Below, in pieces: positions 14,321-27,020 of a stretch of DNA of 64,000 bases. Under the pieces are notes generated by a model. That model made no database searches and was not told where the DNA came from. It saw only the letters and a list, made by a program, of their open reading frames with translations. A program made the position numbers and the translations under genes. This stretch comes from Octopus sinensis (lineage: Eukaryota), in assembly GCF_006345805.1 (NCBI RefSeq), contig NC_043002.1, positions 19,716,001 through 19,780,000 on the forward strand, written 5' to 3'. Every line of letters starts with the position of its first letter. Position 1 is the first letter of the stretch.

Positions 14321-14387
14321 GAAAAGAAGCAACAGAAAGTAACAACCACACTCTTACCCGCGCGTAGAGCGGGTCACCTTCAGCTAG

Positions 14388-14420
14388 TATAGATATATAT
14401 ATATATATATATTAATATAT

Positions 14421-14472
<52 letters not shown>

Positions 14473-14735
14473 GTATATATATGTATATGTATATATATGT
14501 ATATGTATGTATGTGTATGTTTGTGCGTCTGTGTTTGTCCTCCAACATTGCTTGACAACCGATGCTGGTGTGTTTACGTCCCCATAACTTAGTGGTTCGG
14601 CAAAAGAGACCGATAGAATAAGTACTAGGCTTACAAATAATAAGTCCTGGGGTCAATTTCTTCGACTAAAGGCGGTGCTCCAGCATGGCTGTAGTCAAAT
14701 GACTGAAACAAGTAAAAGAGCAAAAGAGTAAAAAG
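14388..14735 (+). mobile_element. SINE family A 3' half
   Basis: (TA)n, then gtctgtgtttgtcctccaacattgcttgacaacc ... gactgaaacaagtaaaagag. Confidence 0.9.
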
Positions 14736-15935
14736 AGTATTTAAACTAGGATAATGAAACAAAACTGAAGCAAGAACTGAAATATATTAGAGTACCAAGA
14801 AGAGATGAAATACAAAACTTTTAAGGTTGAGTCCTTCTTCAGAGAAGGAACATTTGGTTAAAAGGAATAAAATGTCTTAGACAGAGACACAAAATGGCAC
14901 TGGTGATGGGGCATGAACACTGATTTTACTGACCAACAGCTGGCCCTACCAACTTGACCGGCTGCTGTTCTTAGGATATGAACCTAGACACAGAATCAAT
15001 ATTACTCAGAAGACAGTACAGATGACAGAGGACCCATATGCTAGATTTTGTTGAGGCTAAATACCTCCCAGTATCTAATGTTCTTCCTTATGGTTTTTAG
15101 TTCAAATCCCACTGTGTTTTACTATTCCTTTAATTTTTCTTTTACCCTTTTTAGTCATGAAGGAAGGCAGTACTTATGACCTTTTACAGGGCCTCTGAGA
15201 TTGGTAGGAAGGAGAGAGGAGGTTGTTCTCAAACCAAAGACCTGGTCCAAATGTTTACAACAAAGTGGACTCCACTAAAGGTATTCAAAGTGCCAAGTAA
15301 TGGTGATGGATTAAACTGGATGACAGATTAATGGGATTAAAGTCTACCACCCAAATAGGCTATGACGGGATTTGAACTCAGAATTCAAAGAGCCAAGACA
15401 AATATGGCTAGGCATCAAATCTGACATTCTTACATTTCTAGCAATCCCCCACTCTGGAGTGATTCCTTTTCATCAATCAGAAAAAGATAGGAAAGACAAC
15501 AAGGCATTCCATCTGACGACTTTGCTACTTCACCATGTCCCCAGGTTTCACGGCCCCAGATTAGTGATTGCTGTTGTTGTTATCTTTTATATTTTTTTTA
15601 CTTGTTTCAGTCATTGACTGTGGCCATGCTGGGGCACTACTTTGGAGGGTTTAGCTGAATAAATCGACCCCAGGACTTATTTTAAAACCTGATATTCATT
15701 CTTTTAGACTCTTTTGTGAAGAAGTAAGGGACAAAAACAAAGACACACACACACACGTATGCATACATACTTGTGTGTGTGTAGGAGTAGGAAGAGAGGA
15801 AGAGAGAGAGAGAGATAGAGAAATACAAGGTGAAACTGCAACTTTAGTTTGTTTTGTTTTCCTTTTGTAGCTTACTTTGTACTTTCTTGCATTGTTTTGG
15901 CCTTACACAACAGATCTCTTATATATATATATATA

Positions 15936-16592
15936 TGTGGCCGTGGCACGTAAAATACTCCACTATCCGACTCGTGGCCGGGGCACGTAAAATACTCCAA
16001 TGCGACCGTACGACAGGCACCCATGCCAACCCCCTTTGCTTGTGAAGACATGTTGGGGCAAGCGAAATCGAAATCGAAATCGAATTGAACCAGCCAGGAT
16101 CCCTGGTCTGGTGGTACGTAAAAAGCACTATCCGACTCGTGGCCGTGGCACGTAAAATACTCCAATGCGACCGTACGACAGGCACCCATGCCAACCCTCT
16201 TTGCTTGTGAAGACATGTTGGGGCAAGCGAAATCGAAATCGAATTGAACCAGCCAGGATCCCAGGTCTGGTGGTACGTAAAAAGCACTATCCGACTCGTG
16301 GCCGATGCCAGCACCGCCTCGACTGGCTTCCGTGCCGGTGGCACGTAAAATACACCAATCTGACCGTGGCTGTTGCCAGCCTCGCCTGGCACCTGTGCAG
16401 GTGGCACGTAAAAAGCACCCACTACACTCACGGAGTGGTTGGCGTTAGGAAGGGCATCCAGCTGTAGAAACATTGCCAGATTAGACTGGAGCCTGGTGCA
16501 GCCTTCTGGCTTCCCAGAACTCCGGTCGAACCGTCCAACCCATGCTAGCATGGAGAACGGACGTTAAACGATGATGATGATGATGATGATGA
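15936..16592 (+). mobile_element. RTE-type LINE 3' UTR copy with internal ~160-bp tandem duplication
   Basis: Units begin cactatccgactcgtggccg at 15961, 16126 and 16285; CpG-rich; (GAT)n tail. Confidence 0.85.
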
Positions 16593-17569
16593 TATATGTA
16601 TACATACAAACATACATAGACATAATGAGCTTCCATACAGTTACCATCAGCCAAATTCACAGCAAGGCATTGGTCATTCCAGGGCTATAGTAAAACTGAG
16701 TCTGACCCTGTGTGGTTGCTTGGTTGCAAAAGTGAACTTCAAAACCTCACAGCTCTGTTTATTGTTGTCAACTGTTCTGATCAAGTAGGCTTATTTGACT
16801 AGCAGGCAGATGGCCAAATGACTAAGTGTGATCCCAGTGGTCACTTCTTCCATATGCACTATACCTCTGCCAGCAGAGGGCTACATTGCACCCTCCAACA
16901 TGCAGTGGTGTATCCTGTGAGGTAACACATGTGAGAATAACATCTAAAAGAGATTTGGCTGCTAATTTCTGCAGGTCAAGCAATTGCATAGAGCAGTAGT
17001 TCACTTTTTTAATATCAGGGCCAGATTTAAAACCTGAACTTTTTAGGGGGCTCGTATAAAAAAAAAGTAAAACATAAGTCAAAGAAAAATTCATAATATT
17101 TATAGAGGGAAGATCATCAAGAGCCACCAGAAGGATGCTTGAGGGCTGCATGCGCATCCCTGGGAGCTGTGGTTGAGAACCGCTGGCGTAGAGACTCCTT
17201 CATTGGTTCACCTTTGGTGGTGGAAGTGGTGATGGTGGGATCAATGGGAAAATATCAGTCATACAACGATGATTGGTTCAATTCACTTTTACTTCCTCTC
17301 TAATTAAAAATAAATTTTCACGTCAAGTCATGTGAAAACCAAAAATCAATATATTGACAACAGTAGTGTTATGCTGTCTGGGAATAAAGAATCAATGAGA
17401 AAAGTTTACAAACAGATCACACTCAGTTTTTACATAATCAATTAAAATATAAACAGTATTGCTCATGACACATCAGTGTTATTATCTCACTTGTTACTCT
17501 TTGCTGTTCTGCAGTTGTGTTGTCACTGTCGTTATAACTGCTGTGTTATTGCTTCATTACCTTCATTAT

Positions 17570-17985
17570 CACCATCGCCGTTTAACGTCCGCTTTCCATG
17601 CTGGCATGGGTTGGACGGTTTGACTTAGTGCTGGCAAACCAGAAGGCTAAACCAAGCTCCAGTCTGATTTGGTAAAGTTTCTACAGCTGGATTCCCCTTC
17701 CTAATGCCAACCACTCCGAGAGTGTAGTGGGTGCTTTTTGTACCACTGGCACAAAGGCCAGTCAGGCAGTACTGGCATCAACCATGCTTGAATGGTGCTT
17801 TTTACATGCCATCGGCATGGGAGCCAGTCAGGTAGCACTGGCAATGACCATGCTCGAGTGGTGCTTTTTACATGCCATCGGCATGGGAGCCAGTGAGGTG
17901 GCACTGGCAATGACCACACTCGAATGGTGCTTTTTATGTGCCACTGGCACAGGAGGCAGTCAGGTGGCACTGGCAATGATCACGG
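17570..17985 (-). mobile_element. RTE-type LINE 3' UTR copy with ~60-bp internal tandem units
   Basis: Family 3' end plus repeated tggtgctttttacatgcca..ggca...cagtcagg..gcactggcaatgacc units. Confidence 0.8.
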
Positions 17986-18196
17986 TTGTTATTATAAATT
18001 TGTTAAAATATAATTTCAGTCATTGTTGTTTGCTACAGTATGGTTATGTTGTCAATATTTTGTCATAGAGTAATCCCTCGCCATATTGTGGTTCACTTGT
18101 TGCAATTTTTTTAAAGCTTACATCGATTCCTCTGTGGTGTGATTTAGCATTTATAATAAAATAAATATATACAAATTATCAGAATAAAAAATATAC

Positions 18197-18367
18197 AGGC
18201 GTAGCAGTGGCTGTGTGGTAAGTAGCTTACTTACCAACCACATGGTTCCGGGTTCAGTCCCACTGCGTGGCACCTTGGGCAAGTATCTACTATAGCCTCA
18301 GGCCGACCAAAGCCTTGAGTGGATTTAGTAGATGGAAACTGAAAGTAGCCCGTTGCATATATGTGTG

Positions 18368-18426
<59 letters not shown>

Positions 18427-18657
18427 GTATGTGCATGTGTATATGTTTCTGTGTCTGTGTTTGTTCCCCCAGCATTGCTTGACAACTGATGCTGGTGTGT
18501 TTATGTCCTTGTAACTTAGCAGTTCAGCAAAAGAGACCTATAGAATAAGTACTAGGCTTACAAAGAATAAGTCCTGGGATTAATTTGCTCGACTAAAGGT
18601 GGTGCTCCAGCATGGCCACAGTCAAATGACTGAAACAAGTAAAAGAGTAAAAGAGAG
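18197..18657 (+). mobile_element. SINE family A, full length
   Basis: Head, CORE-like block, (TA)n and tail are all present. Confidence 0.92.
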
Positions 18658-19145
18658 TACACTACTATTTCTACTTCACGGATTTTCACCTATTGCAGGG
18701 GCGTTTGGAATGTAACACCCACAATAATCAAGGGATTACTGTATAGGCATCAAGTTAGCAGAATTATTAGCACACCAGACAAAATATTCAGAAGCATTTC
18801 ACCCACTTTTATGTTCTGAGTTCAAATTCTGCTGAGGCTAACTTTGTACCCTACTGACTAACACATGGTAGACAGTGGGGAGGACAGAGGAGAGAGAGAG
18901 AGTCCATGTCAGTTAGTCACACACTCACCATTTTCCTTAATTTCTGCCTGTTCAACTGTTGTGTTAACTGAAGAAAACTGGAGCAAAACTAATGAAATTA
19001 ATCATTAATATGGTGTTTGTATGTGTGTGTATGCTACATGTATATGTATATATAGCACAGGAGGATGTAAACCAATGATGAAGATAATGATGATGATGAT
19101 GATGATGATACACACACACAAACACACACACACACACACACATAT

Positions 19146-19719
19146 ATCAAAATAACCAGAGGTAATGCAGTATGAGCATTTCATGCAACTCCATTTAATT
19201 GAACAATGCAATCAATACATGAATTTAAAATGTAGAGCAATCTTCAGCTACACAAACATGGAATTTAATTAAATTAGAACAGATGGACACATTAGTATAA
19301 TTATACCTAAAATCTCCAAGAAGTTAAGGAGATAGACAAAGAACATGGTGTACCTACAACAGCATAGTCATAACTAAAATATACAAGGGATTTGATAAAC
19401 TAGTCTATAAATTAAAACTGACCCCATAATAAAACAAAAAGTCAGTGACAGGCAGTGTCTCCTTGAAAATTTTAGTTACGACTATGCTGTTGTAGGTACA
19501 ACATGTTCTTTGTCTGTCTCCTTAACTTCTTGGAGATTTTAGGTATAATTATACTAATGTGTCCATCTGTTCTAATCTAATTAAATTCTATGTCTTTGTG
19601 CAGCTGAAGATTGCTCTGCATTTTAAATTCATATAATGATTGCATTGTTCAATTAAATGGAGTTGCATGAAACGATCGTACTGCATTACCTCTGGATATC
19701 CTTGTTGCTTATTTTGATT
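19146..19719. repeat. Large inverted repeat (arms ~19146-19380 and ~19468-19719), foldback/MITE-like
   Basis: Arms are reverse complements with few mismatches, around an ~88-bp spacer. Confidence 0.92.
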
Positions 19720-19799
19720 TTAATCACCTTATTTTGAAATTGTATGGATAATACTATACTAAATTCTGGTGCCTCAACTTAAGTACCATATTTATCTGA

Positions 19800-20251
<452 letters not shown>

Positions 20252-20983
20252 AAAATAAGTATTCATTCAGCACTTGGCTGAATGTAATCAACTTATCTTA
20301 TGCCCTGAAATTGCTGGGCTTGTGCCAAAATTTGAAATCATTTTGTCATTAGATGCTCACTGTTCTCTACCAGTTGAACAACATAGTCAGTGGAAGTTCT
20401 TCAGTAGCAATATAGCGAAATCTAGTGGTGGGTAAGAGCAATGACATTATGAGGAAAACTCTAGGGGTTGATGAGGATGAACTAGTTGGTCCATTTCAGT
20501 GGACTTTTCAGGCCCAGTACTACCATGGATAACTTCCAGAAATCCTTGGCCTGAGATTGCTACTGAGGAGCACTGCCAGTTTCAAGATAAACTCTTCTGA
20601 CTTTGAAGCATTGTCAGGTGGGACTGTCTGAGATGTATGCAGAACAACAAAACTGCTCTTTGGTCAAGCACTCATGATCTTTATCATCATGATCACCACC
20701 ACCACCACCATCATCATCATTTATCTTCCTCAAGATCAATATCACCCACACTATTCTAATCATGATCATCATTATCGTAATCATGATTATTGCCATCGTC
20801 ATCATCATCATCATCATCACCATTGTCATCATCATCACCATTATCATGATCATTGTTCGGAACTCAACAGGTGTTGATTTATATAAAGAAAAAATAGTTC
20901 AATAGGTTTGTGTCTTACAATAAAAATGAAGCCAAAATTTAATTGATCATACTATTCCGAGGAACATGTGTTTGCAAATGTGG

Positions 20984-21051
<68 letters not shown>

Positions 21052-21850
21052 GTATTTGTATGTAGGTTTGTGTGAATGTATATGTATGCCTGTGTCTTGT
21101 TGGGGGTGTATTTATACGCATGTATTATCACATCATCCTTTATATATGTATATATATGCATATATGATATATGTGCGTGTGTGTTTGTGTGTGCATGTGT
21201 GTGTGTTTGTGAGTGTGTGTATCATCATCATCATCATCACCATCATCATTGGTTTACATCCTTCTGTGCTATGCATAAATCATCATCATCATCATCGTTT
21301 AACGTCCATTTTCCATGCTGACATGGGTTGGACGGTTCAACTGGGGTCTGGGAAGCCAGATGGCTGCACCAGGCCCAGTCTGATCTGGCAGTGTTTCTAC
21401 AGCTGTAAAATATACACACACATACAAAACACCATATTAATGATTGATCTCGTTAGTTTTGCCCCAGTTTTCTTCAGTTAACACAACAGGTGAAAGGACA
21501 GAATTGAGGTGATTGGTGAGTGTATGACTAACTGACATGGACCCTCTCTCTTCTGTCCCCACTGTTTTCCATGCGTTTTCCATGCGTTAGTCGATCCGTT
21601 GATACTTCTCACAATACTCTCTTGGTGCTACTGAAGGAAACCAGATTGTCATTTTCCCATTGAAAATTGTATTTAAGGTCTTCATTCCTATATGGGAATT
21701 TCTCACTGAGCAAATCACATTCCTTAGCATCACAAGCTCTACCCACCCCCACCAACACAGTTGTCTCCCTTGGTTTCATATAACTCATGCCTTTAGTCTA
21801 CAGCCATTTTGTAAGTTCACTTGTTCCCTGTCTTTCATACATTTTACCAT

Positions 21851-22180
21851 ATAATTAATTCGTTTATTGGCCACAAGGGCTAACAAAAATCAATTAAAAC
21901 ATAAAGGGACAAAACACAGGACGAAAGTTACAAAGGGTTTTGTCCATTTGAAAAAAGTCTGTGTACAAAAGCAAGATAACAACGAAATGTAAGTAACAAT
22001 TAAAACTCCCAATAGGGGGAGGCGCTTCGAAAGGTTACTCGTGGAAAAACCCATAAAAGCCATGGGAGCCTGGTCAAAAGTGGGGTAGAGAGCCCCTTTC
22101 TCCTTTTATATTTCTTTTTAATTTTTCACAGGTGTATCCTCAGAATTGGTCCGTTCATACTGGCCATTCTTGCGACATTC
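21851..22180 (-). mobile_element. LINE 3' end, probably Tx1/L1-like
   Basis: NVARMASMNGPILRIHL* (stop at 22126-22128), then a 3' UTR ending cccttgtggccaataaacg; clade assignment is from recall only. Confidence 0.55.
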
Positions 22181-22238
22181 ATATAATGAACCATATTTTA
22201 ATTAATTGGAAATACACTAAGCAGTAATAATTAATTAA

Positions 22239-22683
22239 CCCTTTTGCATTTAAAGTGACCATATCTAGTCCAAATATTCAACCTGTTTTATGTTTAACCC
22301 TTTTGATACCAACCCAGCCAAAACCATCTCTGGCTTTGTGGTAAAATGTCTTGTTTTCATAAGTTTTGAATTAAAATATTCCACCAAGCCTTAGTCACAA
22401 TTTACGTTCCTAACACTAGCTTAATAATAACTAAGTTATTTTACTAAATTCTTTGTTATATTTAAAATGATTGAAAGAAACACAGAGAATCTCAAAATAA
22501 ATACAGTAACGAAAGGGTTAAACCAGCCAGATCCAGATTCTCACACCTGTCCTGCAATGTCATTCTAAAGATAAACAATCGCATCATCAAAATCTTAAAG
22601 CTACAAGATAATACATGATTAAGTCAAAACAATGCAAATAAAAAAAGCGTTATATTTGACTGAGTAATCTAAATGCTAAAGGG
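22239..22683. mobile_element. piggyBac-type MITE (outer element), TTAA-flanked
   Basis: TTAA|CCCTTTTGCATTTA ... TAAATGCTAAAGGG|TTAA, 13/14 TIR match. Confidence 0.85.
22298..22517. mobile_element. piggyBac-type MITE nested in the previous element
   Basis: TTAA|CCCTTTTGATAC ... GTAACGAAAGGG|TTAA; same family as 5228-5438. Confidence 0.88.
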
Positions 22684-24140
22684 TTAAAATATAGGTGTAT
22701 ATAATTATATGACCTTCACTAAGGAAAATGTCTTAGGTGAGACATTCTCCTTTAACACACTACTGGGCTATGAATGATGTCATTGGGTCAACAAACATGT
22801 GTACCTATAAGGAGAATTTATCCCCCAAAACAGTTTCCTCAGCAAAGGCCTTTCTGTTTGACTGTACACAAACATGTTAAATATAAATGTACACACAAAT
22901 ATGTTAATCCTCACTGCTTCATGTGTGCCTCTAATTCCAGCTTGACAAAGCTTTGCACCCATCAGCAAATTTATTATTTGTTGTTTGAATATAAGAATGA
23001 CAGCTGTTACTAGGCTATAAACAAGTAATTTGATGTCTATAGCTGATGAAGTTTAATGGCACAGAAAAATGTGTCCTATAGTTCAGTGACTTCATTCATA
23101 ACCCAATGGTGTGTTTTTCACACACCTTATCTATAAGGATAATTTCTCTCCCAGCACAGTTTCTGCAGTGAAGGTCTTTCCATGTCTGAATGTACATGAA
23201 CATATTAAATATAATTATATACATCTATAGTTCAACTCTTTTTCTCTCCCTCCTCTGTAGATCTACATTCAATGAGTCACTAACAAAATTTCGTTTTTGT
23301 ATGTGGTTTACAAGATTCTTTATGTGAATTCATGTGTTGGAGCATATTTTAGTCACTAACATGTAGTATTGCATTTCTATCACATCTCAAGCAGTTTACC
23401 TTCTGCACACAAAGAGAGAAATCAGTTGCTATAACAGATAAGAAATAGAGAAGAGGAAAGAGAGAGAAAGAGAGATAAAGAAATGGCTGGACAGAGAACT
23501 CACTGAAATTTGAATACGATGTCCATAGAAATCTAATGCTGAAAACTAGATTCCATAACTTATCTATGCTGGGAGTTCATAACCAATTTTTTCCTTGTAT
23601 TCACAAGCAGACTACCTTTCATATACATGCAACCCTACAAGCGTACACATAACTGAAGCCTTATTCGAGAACATTTAACTGAGAATCTGTAACATGACAT
23701 TTAATAGGACCCTATTAGAAAACATTTGTTCGGAATGCTATTACAGTACACACACAAGATTTAACATGCACTTCAGCAAAAATGAGAGCATAATATATAA
23801 AGAGTGAGTGAATTGTGTTTATGTATATATAGCAATATAATGTATACAACAATCAGTATAGGGCATGAAGTGGAAAACTTGCCAAATCATTTAATGAAGG
23901 TTTCTTTGTGATATAATTGTTTCATTGCTTTTAGATAGTAAAGCCTTGGTGTATTTGGTTTCAATGATAATAACTTGTACAGTTTGCTAATTGAAGCCAT
24001 AATTGCATTTTTGGAATATGTACACTCTGTATAACACTGTTTTACTTAACTTCCATATTATTATCATAATAATTAGTTCTAATTTCGTTTTTGTATGTGG
24101 TTTGCAAGATTCTTTATGTGAATTCGTGTGTTGGAACATA

Positions 24141-24331
24141 TTTTATTATGTCTAGGGAGAGTCATTTACTTTTAGTGTCTTATTAATTCAACACACTCAC
24201 CGGTTCCATTTCCACTCATTTACTTGCTATTTTTTACTAAAATTTTTGTTGTGACTTGCAACCTTCTCAATAGTCCTGTGTAAAATTAATAAGGCACTAA
24301 AAGAGAATGACTCTCCCCAGGCACAATAAAA
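24141..24331. mobile_element. MITE-like element with ~48-bp imperfect TIRs
   Basis: 24141-24188 is the reverse complement of 24284-24331. Confidence 0.7.
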
Positions 24332-24371
24332 TTAATTCTAATATATACACAATATTACATAATGAGAGAGG

Positions 24372-24420
<49 letters not shown>

Positions 24421-25196
24421 GAGAGAGAGAGAAGGCTTATTTTACTGACCTAGGAAAAAATCTAAAGTAGAATCAACTACGTTGGAATTTAAACTCAGAA
24501 AATACAGATACTATAATAATAACAATAATAATAATAATAATCATAATAATAATAAAAAAGAAATTATAGTGTATAGTGCTCAGATGCACTACAACTCATC
24601 AAAGATGCATGTACAGTAGGTGCAGGAGTGGCTGTGTGGTAAGTAGTTTGCTTACCAACCACATGGTTCCGGGTTCATTCCCACTGCGTGGCACCTTGGG
24701 TAAGTGTCCTCTACTCGGGCCAACCAAAACCTTGTGAGTGGATTTGATAGACGGAAACTGAAAGAAGCTCGTCGTATATATTAAACTTATAGTTAAACTT
24801 TGAAAATTCACAAGTAAGATGCATATCCATGAACACTGTTGCATATGCTGCAGAATAGGCTGCAACAGATGAATAGAGCAAAAGATATTCGAAAAAATAT
24901 AAAAAACAATATTAGTGATATGAAATATTTGTTCTTACAGCTGTTTCAATAACTCATAAAGAATGACATTACAACAATGATCATAATTATATAATTATAA
25001 TTTGTATAACATGCAAGAACCATCAGGTTTTTTTTTAAAATATGAAATACAAAATTCACATTGACTCTTGTATAAATTAAAGAAAAAAATGAAATAAAAA
25101 GAAAAGAAGAAAAACATTAAAGCAAAGGACTATAGCAAAAAATGGGGAAAAAAAAAGAAGAAATTTAAAAATATAAAAAAAACCCAGATGATTTTA

Positions 25197-25457
25197 AAAA
25201 TGAGAATATCTGAAATAAACTTGACTGCTCTCACAAATGAGAATACTAAAAATGAACTCATCCACCCTCAAAAATTAAATAAATAAACAGGAAAAATAAT
25301 CCAGAATCCTTGTCTGGTACCGGATCTGTACCAAAATCTAATCAGTTCATGTCAGTCACGAGGCCAGACATCCCTGAAAGTTTCATCTGAATCCATCCAG
25401 CAAACAAACAAACACAACTGAAAACAAGACTTTCACCTTTGCTAAGGCAGAGGTAAT
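25197..25457 (-). mobile_element. Helentron-associated (HINE-like) non-autonomous element
   Basis: Reverse complement of 60936-61222; terminus attacctctgcc..., core ggatggattcagatgaaactttcagggatg. Confidence 0.6.
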
Positions 25458-25921
25458 AATAAAAAGTAAAGAAATAGAGTGACAACATTGATTTTGAAGT
25501 TGACTGCTGGAATAATAAGAACAATAAATTGTGACCAGGTGTTTAGGGAACACCTGTCATTTTTTCATATGTGTATGTGTGTTTGCATTTGTACTTTTCC
25601 AAAAATTATTGATCTACAAAAAGTGCTGTCATCATTTTCCCTTTCAACAAATCATCCACTGGCTTTGTACTTTCAAGGACATGTGGAATAAGAGTTCCCT
25701 TATTTGAAAAACTGGTAAAAGTTAGCAATAGAACAGGTCTCCACCTATAAAGCAATGCCTCAATGATATATTCATCTAACCCATGCAAGCCAGAAAAAAA
25801 AAAAAGGATGTAAAAACGAATGAAACAAGATTTGGTCTTCAGACTTATCAGATTCTTTCTAAATGTCCAATCCATGCAAGCATGGAGAACAGACATAAAA
25901 TGATGATATTGATGAAATACA

Positions 25922-26290
25922 TATCATCATCATCATCGTTTAACATCTGCTTTCCATGCTAGCATGGGTTGGACGTATGACTGAGGGCTGGCGAACCAGA
26001 TGGCTGCACCAGGCTTCAATCTTGATCTGGCAGAGTTTCTACAGCTGGATGCCCTTCCTAACGCCAACCACTCTGAGAGTGTAGTGGGTGCTTTTATGTG
26101 CCAGTCAGGCAGCACTGGCAACGACCTTGCTTGAATCTTTTACACATGCCACCGGCACGGGTGCCAGTAAGGCGATGCTGGTAACGATCACGCTCGAATG
26201 GTGTTTTTTACATGCCACCAGCACAGAGGCCAGATAGCTACTTTGGCAACGATCACGCTTGGATGGTGCTCTTAATACCCTACTAGCACG
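25922..26290 (-). mobile_element. RTE-type LINE 3' UTR fragment
   Basis: (CAT)n plus family sequence. Confidence 0.8.
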
Positions 26291-26587
26291 GGGCTCATAT
26301 ATATGTACATATGCTTTTCTCAAGTTTCTACCTACCAAATTATACTTGCAATATATTGGTCAATGCAGGACACTTGTCTAAGGTGCTGCAGAGTGGGATT
26401 GATACAGAAACATGTGGTTGCGAAGCGAACTTCTTAACCACACATCCAGGCCAGCACTTTTTCTCTCAACCTATTTACAAATGAACTTGTCTAAAATACG
26501 CCAGTGTTACTCAACCATTTTTTTTTTTACCTAAGGACTCCTTTGACTCTTGTTTTACTTGGATGGACCCTCCTAGCTATTCGATAT

Positions 26588-26821
26588 ACTCTTTACTTAC
26601 TTGTTTCAGTCATTTGACTACAGCCATGCTGGAGCACCGTCTTTAGTCGAGCAAACCGACCCCAGGACTTATTCTTTGGAAGCCTAGTACTTATTCTACC
26701 AGTCTCTTTTGCCGAACCGCTAAGTTACGGGGGACGTAAACACGCCAGCATCGGTTGTCAAGCGATGTTGGGGGGACAAACACAGACGCACAAACTTATA
26801 CACACACATACATATACATAT

Positions 26822-26855
<34 letters not shown>

Positions 26856-27020
26856 CATTGGGATTCTTTCAGTTTCCGTCTACCAAATCCACACACAAGG
26901 CTTTGGTTGGCCCGAGGCTGAAGTAGAAGACACTTGCCCAAGGTGCCACACAGTGGGACTGAAACCGGAACCATGTGATTGGTAAGCAAGCTACTTACCA
27001 CACAGCCACTCATATGCCTA
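26588..27020 (-). mobile_element. SINE family A, full length
   Basis: Reverse complement of the consensus. Confidence 0.92.

Larger units (their letters stand above)
12691..14387 (+). mobile_element. Non-autonomous Helitron, ~1.7 kb
   Basis: 5' A|TC(tctatatgcaaaactg); 3' GC-rich hairpin ACCCGC-gcgtaga-GCGGGT (14356-14374) 9 nt before CTAG|T; no TSD; it exactly splits a SINE. Confidence 0.8.

Noticed and set aside
15936-16440. CRISPR-like repeat-spacer appearance of ggcacgtaaaa.. units
   Set aside because: They lie within a retroelement 3' UTR found many times in the window, spacers recur, no cas genes are present and the context is eukaryotic.
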